Part shown: positions 19,563-37,048 of the stretch, one piece after another
Layout: every line of letters starts with the position of its first letter
How positions within the stretch are numbered: the stretch's first letter is position 1
Origin: Escherichia phage RB3
DNA: 64,000 nt
Sequence record: KM606994
Reading direction: 5' to 3' (one strand)
The notes under the pieces: generated by a model
Databases searched by the model: none
What the model was told of the DNA's origin: nothing
What the model saw: the letters and a program-made list of their open reading frames with translations, nothing else
Position numbers and translations under genes: made by a program

Positions 19563-21367
19563 TGAAACAAAATATTAATATCGGTAATGTTGTTGATGAT
19601 GGTACCGGTGACTACCTGCGTAAAGGTGGTATAAAAATAAATGAAAACTTTGATGAGCTTTATTACGAGCTTGGTGATGGAGATGTTCCATATTCAGCCG
19701 GTGCCTGGAAAACTTATAATGCTTCATCTGGTCAAACATTAAAAGCTAAGTGGGGAAAATCATACGCTATTAATACCTCTTCTGGAAGAGTAACTTTACA
19801 ACTTCCTAAAGGAACTGTTAATGATTATAATAAAGTAATTAGAGCTAGGGATGTATTTGCAACATGGAACATTAATCCAGTTACTTTAGTAGCCGCTTCT
19901 GGTGATACTATCAAAGGATCATCGTCATCGGTTGAAATTAACGTTCAATTTAGTGATTTAGAGCTAGTTTATTGCGCTCCGGGCCGTTGGGAATATGTCA
20001 AAAATAAACAAATTGACAAAATTATTAGTTCAGACATTAGCAATGTAGCTCGTAAAGAATTTTTAGTCGAAGTTCAAGGACAAACAGACTTTTTAGATAT
20101 TTTCCGTGGAACTAGCTATAATGTTAATAACATCCGAGTAAAACATCGTGGTAACGAATTATATTACGGCGATGTATTTAGTGAAAACAGTGACTTTGGC
20201 TCTCCAGGGGAAAATGAAGGAGAACTAATTCCTCTCGATGGATTTAATATTAGGCTAAGACAGCCATGTAATATTGGTGACACTGTTCAAATTGAAACAT
20301 TTATGGATGGTGTATCACAATGGAGAAGTTCATATACAAGACGCCAAATAAAAGTACTAGATTCAAAACTAACATCAAAGACTTCATTAGAAGGAAGTAT
20401 TTACGTTACTGATTTATCGACGATGAAATCAATTCCATTTTCCGCTTTTGGATTAATTCCTGGTGAACCTATTAATCCTAACTCTCTTGAGGTTCGTTTT
20501 AATGGAATTTTACAGCAACAAGCTGGAACAGCTGGATATCCTCTGTTTTTGTGTGAAGGCGCTAGTTCAGATACGCAAGAAGGATGTATATCTCTTGGTG
20601 GTGAATGGAAAGAATCAAACACAGATTATTCTATAGAATATGAAGATGGAAAACCTACCAGTCTTTTATTTGATAGAAAATTTGAATCAGGCGATATAAT
20701 CGTTATAACGTGGTTCAATAATGATTTAGGAACTCTTTTAGAAAAAGATGACATTATTGAATTAACGGATGACCGTTATGTTAGCAAAGGATCATCTACC
20801 GAAGTTACTGGTGATGTAGCCTTAACGGATTTTGATAAAATCGGTTGGCCAAATGTTGAAAAAGTTGATTCTTATACTAGAACGTATAATTCAATATCAT
20901 CTATTTTCGATAGCATTTATCCTGTAGGTTCAATTTATGAAAATGCTATAAATCCAAATAATCCGGCGACTTATATGGGATTTGGTTCATGGAAATTATT
21001 TGGTAAAGGACAGGTTTTAGTAGGATGGAATGATGATGTTACGGATCCAAACTTTGCTTTAAACAATAATGATTTAGATTCTAGCGGAAATCCTTCACAT
21101 ACTGCCGGTGGAACAGTTGGAACAACAACAGTGACACTTGAGAATGCAAATCTTCCTGCGACTAAAACTGATGAAAGGGTTTTAATTGAAGATGAAAATG
21201 GATCAGTTATTATTGGAGGTTGTCAATATGACCCAGACGAAACTGGTCCTATATATACAAAATATCGTGAAGACTACGCAACAACAAACTCTTCACATAC
21301 TCCTCCTGCTAATATTAGTAATATTCAACCGTCTATTACTGTATACCGTTGGATAAGGATTGCATAA
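19562..21367 (+). CDS. 10: gp10 baseplate wedge subunit and tail pin
   Basis: 601 aa, T4 length; TAATG overlap with gene 9. Confidence 0.9.
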   Translation: MKQNINIGNVVDDGTGDYLRKGGIKINENFDELYYELGDGDVPYSAGAWKTYNASSGQTLKAKWGKSYAINTSSGRVTLQLPKGTVNDYNKVIRARDVFATWNINPVTLVAASGDTIKGSSSSVEINVQFSDLELVYCAPGRWEYVKNKQIDKIISSDISNVARKEFLVEVQGQTDFLDIFRGTSYNVNNIRVKHRGNELYYGDVFSENSDFGSPGENEGELIPLDGFNIRLRQPCNIGDTVQIETFMDGVSQWRSSYTRRQIKVLDSKLTSKTSLEGSIYVTDLSTMKSIPFSAFGLIPGEPINPNSLEVRFNGILQQQAGTAGYPLFLCEGASSDTQEGCISLGGEWKESNTDYSIEYEDGKPTSLLFDRKFESGDIIVITWFNNDLGTLLEKDDIIELTDDRYVSKGSSTEVTGDVALTDFDKIGWPNVEKVDSYTRTYNSISSIFDSIYPVGSIYENAINPNNPATYMGFGSWKLFGKGQVLVGWNDDVTDPNFALNNNDLDSSGNPSHTAGGTVGTTTVTLENANLPATKTDERVLIEDENGSVIIGGCQYDPDETGPIYTKYREDYATTNSSHTPPANISNIQPSITVYRWIRIA

Positions 21368-22026
21368 TGAGTTTACTTAATAATAAAGCGGGAGTTATTT
21401 CCCGCTTAGCAGATTTTCTTGGTTTTAGAACTAAGAAAAATGATATTTCGGTTATGAATAATCAGCCAGTAGGCGCTGTAACAATTTCACAAATAGCAAA
21501 AGGTTTTTATGACCCAAATGTAGAATCTGCTATCAATGATGTTAGAAATATGGCAGAGCAACAGGTTGGAGCTGTATTAGTTAATATAAGCGGCGTATCT
21601 CCTACTGGCGTGCAACAAACCGACTATTGGTCATTTGAAGGAACTGTTACTGATACTTCAGACAAACCAGGTGACCCAGTTATTGTTAACATGTTTGGTA
21701 TTCCAGTTAAAGCTACTAATGGAATGACTTCAATTGAATTTACTAGTGCTGTTAGAACAGCTCTACAGGAAATGGTTGTAAAATTTATTGCAATTGATTC
21801 ATTTGAAGACCATCCTACTATAGGAAATAAAATACAAGTTAAGTATTTAGATAACCAAGAACATATCTTAGAGCAATACTCTGATAAAGGAATTACTTTC
21901 AAACAAGAAATAATTTCTCCTTCTAAACCTGGGTACGGAACTTGGCAATTATTAGGTGCGCAAACTGTCACGCTAGATAGTCACACACAACCTACAGTAT
22001 TTTATTATTTTGAGAGAATAGCATGA
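21367..22026 (+). CDS. 11: gp11 baseplate wedge subunit and tail pin
   Basis: ORF track 225 aa trimmed to 219 aa starting [20 protein letters not shown] at ATG overlapping gene 10 stop. Confidence 0.9.
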   Translation: MSLLNNKAGVISRLADFLGFRTKKNDISVMNNQPVGAVTISQIAKGFYDPNVESAINDVRNMAEQQVGAVLVNISGVSPTGVQQTDYWSFEGTVTDTSDKPGDPVIVNMFGIPVKATNGMTSIEFTSAVRTALQEMVVKFIAIDSFEDHPTIGNKIQVKYLDNQEHILEQYSDKGITFKQEIISPSKPGYGTWQLLGAQTVTLDSHTQPTVFYYFERIA

Positions 22027-23579
22027 GTAACAATACATATCAGCACGTATCAAATGAATCAAAATATGTTAAATTCGATCCAGTAGGATCGAATTTTCCT
22101 GACACTGTTACGACAGTGCAGTCTGCATTATCAAAAATAAGTAATATCGGCGTAAATGGTATTCCTGATGCAACTATGGAAGTTAAAGGAATAGCAATGA
22201 TTGCATCAGAGCAAGAGGTTTTAGATGGAACAAATAATTCTAAAATCGTTACACCAGCTACATTAGCAACAAGATTATTGTATCCAAATGCTACTGAAAC
22301 TAAATATGGTTTAACGCGCTATTCAACAAATGAAGAAACATTAGAAGGCTCAGATAATAATTCATCAATAACGCCGCAAAAACTGAAATACCACACTGAC
22401 GATGTGTTCCAAAATAGATATTCGTCTGAGTCATCAAACGGGGTTATTAAAATATCATCTACACCTGCAGCTTTAGCTGGAGTTGATGATACTACGGCAA
22501 TGACTCCATTAAAAACACAAAAACTTGCAATAAAATTAATTTCACAAATAGCTCCTTCAGAAGACACTGCAACAGAATCTGTGAGAGGAGTAGTTCAATT
22601 ATCTACTGTTGCACAAACTCGTCAAGGAACTCTCCGCGAAGGATATGCAATTTCTCCGTATACCTTTATGAATTCTGTTGCAACACAAGAATATAAGGGT
22701 GTTATACGTTTAGGAACACAATCGGAAATTAACAGTAATTTGGGAGATGTTGCAGTAACAGGTGAAACACTAAATGGTCGAGGAGCTACTGGTTCTATGC
22801 GCGGAGTAGTTAAATTAACGACGCAAGCCGGTATTGCCCCTGAAGGTGATAGTTCTGGAGCATTAGCATGGAACGCAGATGTAATTAATACTCGTGGTGG
22901 ACAAACTATTAATGGTTCTTTAAATTTAGATCATCTCACAGCAAATGGAATTTGGTCGCGCGGTGGAATGTGGAAAAATGGCGATCAGCCAGTTGCGACA
23001 GAACGTTATGCATCAGAAAGAGTTCCGGTTGGGACTATTATGATGTTTGCGGGAGATTCGGCACCTCCGGGTTGGATTATGTGCCACGGTGGAACAGTGT
23101 CAGGTGACCAATTTCCTGATTATAGAAACGTAGTTGGAACAAGATTTGGTGGGGATTGGAATAATCCAGGGATTCCTGATATGCGAGGTCTTTTCGTCAG
23201 AGGAGCCGGCACAGGCGGTCATATTTTAAATCAACGTGGACAAGATGGCTATGGAAAGGATAGACTGGGCGTAGGATGTGACGGAATGCATGTTGGTGGT
23301 GTTCAGGCACAACAAATGTCATACCATAAACATGCTGGTGCCTGGGGGGAAAATGGAAATAACAGAGGTTATGCACCGTTTGGCGCATCTAATGGCAATG
23401 GATATTTGGGCAATGGTAGAAGCGCCGACTGGGACAACCATTTGTTCTTTACTAATGACGGATTTGAAATGGGTGGTCCTCGTGACTCGTTCGGCACGTT
23501 AAATCGCGAAGGATTAATTGGTTATGAAACTAGACCATGGAATATATCATTAAACTATATTATTAAAATTCATTACTAA
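22023..23579 (+). CDS. 12: gp12 short tail fibre
   Basis: 518 aa; ATGA overlap with gene 11; position before wac. Confidence 0.85.
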   Translation: MSNNTYQHVSNESKYVKFDPVGSNFPDTVTTVQSALSKISNIGVNGIPDATMEVKGIAMIASEQEVLDGTNNSKIVTPATLATRLLYPNATETKYGLTRYSTNEETLEGSDNNSSITPQKLKYHTDDVFQNRYSSESSNGVIKISSTPAALAGVDDTTAMTPLKTQKLAIKLISQIAPSEDTATESVRGVVQLSTVAQTRQGTLREGYAISPYTFMNSVATQEYKGVIRLGTQSEINSNLGDVAVTGETLNGRGATGSMRGVVKLTTQAGIAPEGDSSGALAWNADVINTRGGQTINGSLNLDHLTANGIWSRGGMWKNGDQPVATERYASERVPVGTIMMFAGDSAPPGWIMCHGGTVSGDQFPDYRNVVGTRFGGDWNNPGIPDMRGLFVRGAGTGGHILNQRGQDGYGKDRLGVGCDGMHVGGVQAQQMSYHKHAGAWGENGNNRGYAPFGASNGNGYLGNGRSADWDNHLFFTNDGFEMGGPRDSFGTLNREGLIGYETRPWNISLNYIIKIHY

Positions 23580-23588
23580 GGATTACAA

Positions 23589-25046
23589 ATGATTGAATTA
23601 AAAGAGTTACCTTTTGTTGATAGCGTTCCTGGCGAAGGTCAGGAACGTATTTCATGGATTAAAAATGGTGAAGAAATATTAGGAGCTAGTACTAAGTATG
23701 GAAACGATGGGTCAATGAATAGACCAATTGTTTCCGTGTTTAAAAACGTCGAGGTTCTTGATGAAAATGTGGGAATTCTTAAAACTGCCATTGAAACATC
23801 ACAGAAAGATATTAAAACAATTCAAGGAGTTTTAGATGTATCAGGAGATATAGAAGCACTATCGCAGATCAGTGTTAATAAAAATGACATATCAAATTTA
23901 AAGACACTTACTAATGAACACACTGATATATTAACTGGAACTAATAATACAGTTGACAAAATTATTGCTGATATAGGTCCATTTAATGATGAAGAAAATT
24001 CTGTTTATAGAACAATTAGAAATGATTTATTGTGGATTAAACAAGAACTAGGGCAATATTCTGGCCAAGACATTAACGGTCTTCCTGTTGTTGGTAATGC
24101 TAGCACAGGAATGAAACATAGAATAATAACAAATAGTACATTATTATCTTCACAAGGCATTCGTTTAAGTGAATTAGAAAATAAATTTACTGAATCTGAC
24201 GTAGGATCATTGACGGTTGAAGTTGGTAAATTACGCGATGAACTTGGTAATAAACCAGTAGATTTTGGGCCAAATATTTATAATAGATTAAGCATTATAG
24301 ATGATAAACAGTCTTTAATAAATTCTGATATAGCAGAAATTAAATCTTCTATTGGATATCCAGAAAATGTTTCTATAATAACAGAAATTAATAATAACAA
24401 AAGTAGCATTGAAGCTATTAATAATGAATTAAATCAGAGTGAAGGTGTTAAACAACGCTTAACATCTATTGAAACTTCTATTGGTTCAGATGATATTCCT
24501 TCTAGTATTAAAGGAAAAATTAAAAATCACACAACTTCTATTGAGTCTTTAAACGGAATTGTTGGTGAAAACACTTCGTCTGGATTAAGAGCGAATGTTT
24601 CGTGGTTAAATCAAATTGTTGGAACTGACTCTAGCGGAGGACAGCCATCTCCTTCTGGGTCTCTATTAAATAAAGTTTCAGTGATTGAAGGAGAAGTTTC
24701 AGTTTTAAACAATAATGTTCAAAATATACAGGTCGAAATAGGAAATAATAAAACAGGAATTAAAGTCCAAGTTATTGAACTCACTTCACTTATAAATGGA
24801 AATAATCCTGACGGATCAACTGTTGAAGAACGAGGATTAACTAATTCTGTAAAAACGAATGAAACCAACATTGCGGCAGTCACACATGAAGTAAATACAG
24901 CTAAAGACAATATATCCTCTTTACAGAGCAGCGTTCAAGCTCTACAAGAAGCAGGTTATATTCCTGAAGCTCCAAAAGATGGCCAAGCTTACGTTCGTAA
25001 AGACGGCGAATGGGTACTACTTTCTACCTTTTTATCACCAGCATAA
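23589..25046 (+). CDS. wac: fibritin (whisker antigen control)
   Basis: 485 aa; long heptad coiled coil; C-terminal foldon [27 protein letters not shown]. Confidence 0.95.
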   Translation: MIELKELPFVDSVPGEGQERISWIKNGEEILGASTKYGNDGSMNRPIVSVFKNVEVLDENVGILKTAIETSQKDIKTIQGVLDVSGDIEALSQISVNKNDISNLKTLTNEHTDILTGTNNTVDKIIADIGPFNDEENSVYRTIRNDLLWIKQELGQYSGQDINGLPVVGNASTGMKHRIITNSTLLSSQGIRLSELENKFTESDVGSLTVEVGKLRDELGNKPVDFGPNIYNRLSIIDDKQSLINSDIAEIKSSIGYPENVSIITEINNNKSSIEAINNELNQSEGVKQRLTSIETSIGSDDIPSSIKGKIKNHTTSIESLNGIVGENTSSGLRANVSWLNQIVGTDSSGGQPSPSGSLLNKVSVIEGEVSVLNNNVQNIQVEIGNNKTGIKVQVIELTSLINGNNPDGSTVEERGLTNSVKTNETNIAAVTHEVNTAKDNISSLQSSVQALQEAGYIPEAPKDGQAYVRKDGEWVLLSTFLSPA

Positions 25047-25049
25047 CAT

Positions 25050-25065
25050 GGGGCCGCAAGGCCCC
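25050..25065 (+). terminator. GC hairpin after wac (GGGGCC-GCAA-GGCCCC)
   Basis: Perfect hairpin 4 nt after wac stop; no T-run, so may be partial terminator or stability element. Confidence 0.4.
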
Positions 25066-25077
25066 AAAGGATTTTAA

Positions 25078-26779
<1,702 letters not shown>

Positions 26780-26820
26780 TAAATATTATAAACTAATTAA
26801 AGCCCAGATTAGGAGAAATC

Positions 26821-29962
<3,142 letters not shown>

Positions 29963-29989
29963 ATTAAAGCATATTAAAGAGGATTAAAA

Positions 29990-31969
29990 ATGACTTTATT
30001 ATCTCCGGGCATTGAGCTCAAAGAAACTACGGTTCAAAGCACCGTGGTTAATAACTCTACTGGTACAGCAGCTTTGGCCGGTAAATTCCAGTGGGGTCCT
30101 GCTTTTCAGATTAAACAGGTTACAAATGAAGTAGATTTAGTTAATACTTTTGGTCAACCAACCGCTGAAACTGCTGACTATTTTATGTCTGCGATGAATT
30201 TCTTGCAGTACGGAAATGACTTACGAGTAGTTCGTGCTGTTGATAGAGATACCGCTAAAAACTCATCGCCAATTGCTGGTAATATTGAATACACAATTTC
30301 TACCCCAGGTAGTAACTATGCGGTTGGAGATAAAATCACGGTCAAATATGTTTCAGATGATATTGAAACTGAAGGTAAAATTACCGAAGTAGACGCAGAT
30401 GGAAAAATTAAGAAAATTAATATTCCTACTGCAAAAATTATCGCTAAAGCGAAAGAAGTCGGTGAATATCCAGCACTAGGTTCTAACTGGACTGCGGAAA
30501 TTTCTTCGTCTTCCTCTGGTTTAGCTGCAGTAATAACTCTTGGAAAAATTATTACTGATTCTGGTATTTTATTAGCTGAAATTGAAAATGCTGAAGCTGC
30601 TATGACAGCGGTTGACTTTCAAGCAAGTCTCGAAAAATACGGAATTCCAGGAGTAGTAGCTCTTTATCCAGGCGAATTAGGCGATAAAATTGAAATTGAA
30701 ATCGTATCTAAAGCTGACTATGCAAAAGGAGCTTCTGCATTACTCCCAATTTATCCGGGCGGTGGTACTCGTGCATCTACTGCTAAAGCAGTGTTTGGAT
30801 ATGGACCACAAACTGATTCACAGTACGCTATTATAGTTCGTCGTAATGATGCTATTGTTCAAAGCGTTGTTCTTTCAACTAAGCGTGGTGAAAAAGATAT
30901 TTACGATAGTAACATCTATATCGATGACTTTTTCGCAAAAGGTGGTTCAGAATATATTTTTGCAACTGCACAAAACTGGCCAGAAGGATTCTCTGGAATT
31001 TTAACTCTGTCTGGTGGATTATCATCAAATGCTGAAGTAACAGCAGGAGATTTGATGGAAGCTTGGGACTTCTTTGCTGACCGTGAATCTGTTGATGTTC
31101 AACTGTTTATTGCAGGTTCTTGTGCTGGTGAATCTTTAGAAACAGCATCTACTGTCCAAAAACACGTCGTTTCAATCGGGGATGCTCGTCAAGATTGCTT
31201 AGTATTGTGCTCTCCTCCGCGTGAAACTGTAGTTGGAATTCCTGTAACTCGCGCTGTTGACAACTTAGTCAACTGGAGAACCGCAACAGGTTCATACACT
31301 GATAATAACTTTAATATCAGTTCAACCTATGCAGCAATTGATGGTAACTATAAGTATCAGTATGACAAATATAATGATGTGAATCGTTGGGTTCCATTAG
31401 CAGCTGATATTGCTGGTTTATGCGCAAGAACTGATAACGTATCTCAGACTTGGATGTCTCCAGCTGGTTATAATCGTGGTCAGATTCTTAACGTTATTAA
31501 ACTGGCTATTGAAACTCGCCAGGCTCAGCGCGACCGTTTATACCAAGAAGCTATCAACCCAGTAACTGGTACAGGTGGTGATGGTTACGTATTGTATGGT
31601 GATAAAACAGCTACTTCTGTTCCTTCTCCATTTGATCGTATTAACGTTCGTCGTCTGTTTAATATGTTGAAAACGAATATCGGACGTAGTTCAAAATATC
31701 GTTTGTTCGAATTAAACAACGCGTTTACTCGTTCATCATTCCGCACAGAAACTGCCCAATACTTACAGGGAATTAAAGCTCTCGGTGGAATTTATGAATA
31801 TCGTGTAGTTTGCGATACAACAAATAACACTCCGTCAGTAATTGATAGAAATGAGTTTGTTGCAACATTCTACATCCAACCGGCGCGCAGTATAAATTAT
31901 ATTACTTTGAATTTCGTCGCAACTGCTACTGGTGCAGATTTCGATGAGTTAACTGGTCTTGCAGGTTAA
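29990..31969 (+). CDS. 18: gp18 tail sheath protein
   Basis: 659 aa, T4 length; GAGGA Shine-Dalgarno. Confidence 0.95.
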   Translation: MTLLSPGIELKETTVQSTVVNNSTGTAALAGKFQWGPAFQIKQVTNEVDLVNTFGQPTAETADYFMSAMNFLQYGNDLRVVRAVDRDTAKNSSPIAGNIEYTISTPGSNYAVGDKITVKYVSDDIETEGKITEVDADGKIKKINIPTAKIIAKAKEVGEYPALGSNWTAEISSSSSGLAAVITLGKIITDSGILLAEIENAEAAMTAVDFQASLEKYGIPGVVALYPGELGDKIEIEIVSKADYAKGASALLPIYPGGGTRASTAKAVFGYGPQTDSQYAIIVRRNDAIVQSVVLSTKRGEKDIYDSNIYIDDFFAKGGSEYIFATAQNWPEGFSGILTLSGGLSSNAEVTAGDLMEAWDFFADRESVDVQLFIAGSCAGESLETASTVQKHVVSIGDARQDCLVLCSPPRETVVGIPVTRAVDNLVNWRTATGSYTDNNFNISSTYAAIDGNYKYQYDKYNDVNRWVPLAADIAGLCARTDNVSQTWMSPAGYNRGQILNVIKLAIETRQAQRDRLYQEAINPVTGTGGDGYVLYGDKTATSVPSPFDRINVRRLFNMLKTNIGRSSKYRLFELNNAFTRSSFRTETAQYLQGIKALGGIYEYRVVCDTTNNTPSVIDRNEFVATFYIQPARSINYITLNFVATATGADFDELTGLAG

Positions 31970-31975
31970 TTGATA

Positions 31976-31989
31976 TGGGGCTTCGGCCC
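31976..31989 (+). terminator. GC hairpin after gene 18 (GGGGC-TTCG-GCCCC)
   Basis: Perfect UUCG-capped hairpin 7 nt after gene 18 stop. Confidence 0.45.
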
Positions 31990-32007
31990 CTATTCTCGAG
32001 GAATCAA

Positions 32008-32625
32008 GTGATTATTTCTAAATTTATTAAAGTGAAAATTGTACCATCAAATTTTAAACATTATCAATCAAAGGGTTATAAATTAACACCTCTTGGAGCG
32101 GTTAAACATGGATTTAGGTATTATGAAATTGATGTTAAAGTTGAAGACATTAAAGGTAGTACCGCGTATGTAAAATGCCGTTGCGATAAATGTGGAATTG
32201 AATATAACCAACGCATTGGAAGAAACACTGATATTTGTCGTGATTGCCGTCATAAAGATAAAATGCGCAATAATTCATATGGTTCCGCGAATAAAGGAAA
32301 AACAGTAGAATGTATGCATGGCGTAAATCATCCAAGATGGAACCCAAATAAATCTGAAATGCGTGAATATATTTCATTGGTATATAAAGAAACTCGTAAG
32401 CATAAGAAAATTTGGTCAAAATGGCCAAATGCTGATAAAATAGGAGTGTGTGGTACAAAAGGCGCTTACCAACTTGATCATAAGGTATCTATCAAATACG
32501 GTTTTGATAATTTAATTCCTGCTAAAATAATTGGCGGTATTAATAATTTAGAAATAATCACTTGGGAATCTAACCGAGAAAAATCAAAAAGAAATAGTGT
32601 AGATCTTTGGGATTTACTAGAATGA
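32008..32625 (+). CDS. free-standing HNH homing endonuclease inserted between genes 18 and 19
   Basis: C-terminal HNH-like segment YQLDHKVSIKYGFDNL...NNLEIITWESNREKSKRN and Cys pairs CRCDKCG/CRDCRH; GTG start with GAGGAA Shine-Dalgarno preferred over track ATG at 31975, which lies inside the hairpin. Confidence 0.65.
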   Translation: MIISKFIKVKIVPSNFKHYQSKGYKLTPLGAVKHGFRYYEIDVKVEDIKGSTAYVKCRCDKCGIEYNQRIGRNTDICRDCRHKDKMRNNSYGSANKGKTVECMHGVNHPRWNPNKSEMREYISLVYKETRKHKKIWSKWPNADKIGVCGTKGAYQLDHKVSIKYGFDNLIPAKIIGGINNLEIITWESNREKSKRNSVDLWDLLE

Positions 32626-32633
32626 TTCTAAAG

Positions 32634-32651
32634 GCCTGTTTCGGCAGGCCA
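32634..32651 (+). terminator. hairpin after HNH ORF (GGCCTG-TTTCGG-CAGGCC)
   Basis: Inverted repeat directly after HNH stop. Confidence 0.4.
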
Positions 32652-32652
32652 T

Positions 32653-32660
32653 ATAAATAC
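32653..32660 (+). promoter_or_regulatory. late promoter motif TATAAATA, first of two upstream of gene 19
   Basis: Exact consensus immediately after HNH hairpin. Confidence 0.45.
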
Positions 32661-32710
32661 ACTATATCCTTAATTCTTTAATTCTATATGCCCTAGGTTA
32701 AACATAGGGA

Positions 32711-32718
32711 TATAAATA
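32711..32718 (+). promoter_or_regulatory. late promoter TATAAATA for gene 19
   Basis: Exact consensus 15 nt upstream of gene 19 ATG, preceded by hairpin CCCTAGG..CATAGGG. Confidence 0.55.
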
Positions 32719-32732
32719 CTACAGAGGCTAAT

Positions 32733-33224
32733 ATGTTTGTAGATGATGTAACACGAGCGTTTGAATCTGGTGATTTTGCTCGACCTAACTTATTCCAAGT
32801 AGAAATTTCTTATCTTGGACAAAATTTTACGTTTCAATGTAAAGCTACTGCTTTACCAGCTGGTATTGTAGAAAAAATTCCAGTCGGATTTATGAACCGT
32901 AAAATTAACGTAGCAGGCGATCGTACATTCGATGACTGGACTGTTACAGTAATGAACGATGAAGCTCATGATGCTCGCCAGAAGTTCGTTGATTGGCAAA
33001 GCATTGCTGCGGGGCAAGGAAACGAAATTACTGGTGGAAAACCTGCAGAGTATAAAAAGAGCGCTATCGTTCGTCAATATGCTCGTGACGCTAAAACAGT
33101 AACAAAAGAAATTGAAATTAAAGGTCTGTGGCCTACTAACGTGGGTGAACTTCAGTTAGATTGGGATTCAAACAATGAAATCCAAACATTTGAAGTAACT
33201 CTTGCTCTCGATTATTGGGAATAA
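32733..33224 (+). CDS. 19: gp19 tail tube protein
   Basis: 163 aa, T4 length. Confidence 0.95.
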   Translation: MFVDDVTRAFESGDFARPNLFQVEISYLGQNFTFQCKATALPAGIVEKIPVGFMNRKINVAGDRTFDDWTVTVMNDEAHDARQKFVDWQSIAAGQGNEITGGKPAEYKKSAIVRQYARDAKTVTKEIEIKGLWPTNVGELQLDWDSNNEIQTFEVTLALDYWE

Positions 33225-33229
33225 AATGA

Positions 33230-34881
<1,652 letters not shown>

Positions 34882-34882
<1 letters not shown>

Positions 34883-35127
34883 TGGAAGGTTTAATTGAAG
34901 CTATTAAATCAAACGACCTCGTAGCCGCTCGTAAATTATTTGCTGAAGCCATGGCTGCAAGAACGATTGATTTAATTAAAGAAGAAAAAATCGCTATCGC
35001 TCGTAATTTCTTAATCGAAGGTGAAGAACCTGAAGACGAGGATGAAGATGAAGATGATGACGAAGATAGCGATGATAAAGACGACAAAAAAGACAAAGAC
35101 TCTGACGAAGACGAGGATGATGAATAA
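34882..35127 (+). CDS. 67: gp67 prohead core protein
   Basis: 81 aa with highly acidic Asp/Glu C-terminal tail; ATGA overlap with gene 20. Confidence 0.85.
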
Positions 35128-35552
35128 TGCTTCTGATCCCTGAAACTCATGAATTAGTTCTCGAGAATGTCGAAGCACTTATTCCTGAAGCACAGGGTCG
35201 CTTTGACGAATTGTCTTCTGCTTTAAATAAAGACGATATAAATACAATTGTCGAGAATATGCTTGATGATGAAACTGACTTAGCGGTTGCATTAGCTTCT
35301 ATTAATGAAAATATGCCGTTAAATGAATTTATCGTTAAACATGTTTCCGCCCGTGGTGAAATTACTCGCACTAAAGATCGCAAAACCCGCGAACGAAATG
35401 CATTTCAAACCACTGGGCTGTCTAAAGCAAAACGTAGACAAATTGCTCGTAAAGCTACCAAAACGAAGATTGCCAATCCAGCAGGTCAATCTCGTGCTCA
35501 GCGTAAGCGTAAAAAAGCTCTTAAACGCCGTAAAGCATTAGGATTAAGCTAA
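35127..35552 (+). CDS. 68: gp68 prohead core protein
   Basis: 141 aa, T4 length and order; basic C-terminus. Confidence 0.85.
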
Positions 35553-36190
35553 TGAATGAACCCCAATTACTAATTGAAACTTGGGGTCAACCTGGCGAAA
35601 TTATTGATGGCGTGCCAATGCTTGAATCTCATGATGGAAAAGACTTAGGTTTAAAACCGGGTTTATACATCGAAGGAATATTCATGCAAGCGGAAGTCGT
35701 CAATAGAAATAAACGTCTTTATCCAAAACGTATATTAGAAAAAGCGGTAAAAGACTATATTAATGAGCAAGTTTTAACTAAACAAGCTCTCGGAGAATTA
35801 AATCATCCTCCACGCGCTAATGTTGACCCGATGCAAGCCGCTATCATTATAGAAGATATGTGGTGGAAAGGAAATGACGTATACGGACGAGCTCGTGTTA
35901 TTGAAGGTGACCATGGTCCTGGAGATAAATTAGCAGCTAATATTCGTGCCGGATGGATTCCAGGAGTTTCTTCTCGTGGATTAGGTTCATTGACTGACAC
36001 AAATAAAGGTTATCGTATCGTAAACGAAGGATTCAAATTAACTGTAGGTGTTGATGCGGTATGGGGTCCAAGTGCTCCAGATGCATGGGTAACTCCTAAG
36101 GAAATTACCGAATCACAGACGGCGGAAGCCGATACAAGTGCCGATGACGCCTATATGGCTCTCGCAGAGGCCATGAAAAAAGCGTTATAA
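35552..36190 (+). CDS. 21: gp21 prohead core scaffold and protease
   Basis: 212 aa, T4 length and order. Confidence 0.9.
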   Translation: MNEPQLLIETWGQPGEIIDGVPMLESHDGKDLGLKPGLYIEGIFMQAEVVNRNKRLYPKRILEKAVKDYINEQVLTKQALGELNHPPRANVDPMQAAIIIEDMWWKGNDVYGRARVIEGDHGPGDKLAANIRAGWIPGVSSRGLGSLTDTNKGYRIVNEGFKLTVGVDAVWGPSAPDAWVTPKEITESQTAEADTSADDAYMALAEAMKKAL

Positions 36191-36220
36191 ATATTATTAT
36201 CTAAACAACAGGACTACAAA

Positions 36221-37030
36221 ATGCTTAAAGAACAACTGATTGCCGAAGCGCAGAAAATTGATGCTTCCGTTGCTCTTGATAGTATTTTCGAATCAGTTAA
36301 TATTTCTCCGGAAGCAAAAGAAACTTTCGGCACTGTATTCGAAGCTACCGTCAAGCAGCACGCCGTTAAATTAGCTGAATCTCATATCGCTAAAATTGCT
36401 GAAAAAGCAGAAGAAGAAGTAGAAAAAAATAAAGAAGAAGCCGAAGAAAAAGCTGAGAAGAAAATCGCTGAGCAAGCTTCTAAATTCATTGACCATCTTG
36501 CGAAAGAATGGCTCGCTGAAAATAAATTAGCAGTTGATAAAGGCATCAAAGCCGAACTGTTTGAATCCATGCTTGGTGGATTAAAAGAGCTCTTTGTTGA
36601 ACACAACGTTGTTGTTCCAGAAGAATCAGTTGATGTTGTAGCTGAAATGGAAGAAGAGCTGCAAGAACATAAAGAAGAATCAGCTCGTCTGTTCGAAGAA
36701 CTCAATATGCGCGACGCATATATCAATTATGTGCAGCGTGAAGTGGCATTGAGCGAAAGTACTAAAGATCTGACTGAGTCTCAAAAAGAAAAAGTCTCTG
36801 CTCTGGTCGAAGGTATGGATTATTCAGATGCATTCTCAAGTAAATTGAGTGCAATCGTAGAAATGGTGAAGAAATCTAATAAAGATGAAAGCACTATTAC
36901 TGAGAGTATAAATACTCCTGATACTGAAGCAGCCGGACTGAATTTCGTCACTGAAGCTGTAGAAGATAAAGCTGCACAAGGTGCAGAAGATATTGTAAGT
37001 GTATATGCGAAAGTCGCATCTCGTTTCTAA
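36221..37030 (+). CDS. 22: gp22 prohead core scaffold protein
   Basis: 269 aa; Glu/Lys-rich coiled coil. Confidence 0.9.
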   Translation: MLKEQLIAEAQKIDASVALDSIFESVNISPEAKETFGTVFEATVKQHAVKLAESHIAKIAEKAEEEVEKNKEEAEEKAEKKIAEQASKFIDHLAKEWLAENKLAVDKGIKAELFESMLGGLKELFVEHNVVVPEESVDVVAEMEEELQEHKEESARLFEELNMRDAYINYVQREVALSESTKDLTESQKEKVSALVEGMDYSDAFSSKLSAIVEMVKKSNKDESTITESINTPDTEAAGLNFVTEAVEDKAAQGAEDIVSVYAKVASRF

Positions 37031-37048
37031 TTTTAAAGGTTAACACAA

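Noticed and set aside
31975-32007. ATG at 31975 as start of the HNH ORF
   Set aside because: It lies inside the gene 18 terminator hairpin with no Shine-Dalgarno; the downstream GTG at 32008 has a GAGGAA Shine-Dalgarno at correct spacing. Either start gives the same HNH domain.
36382-36726. 114-aa Ser-rich ORF on the minus strand
   Set aside because: Antisense to the Glu/Lys-rich gp22 scaffold gene; same low-complexity artefact.
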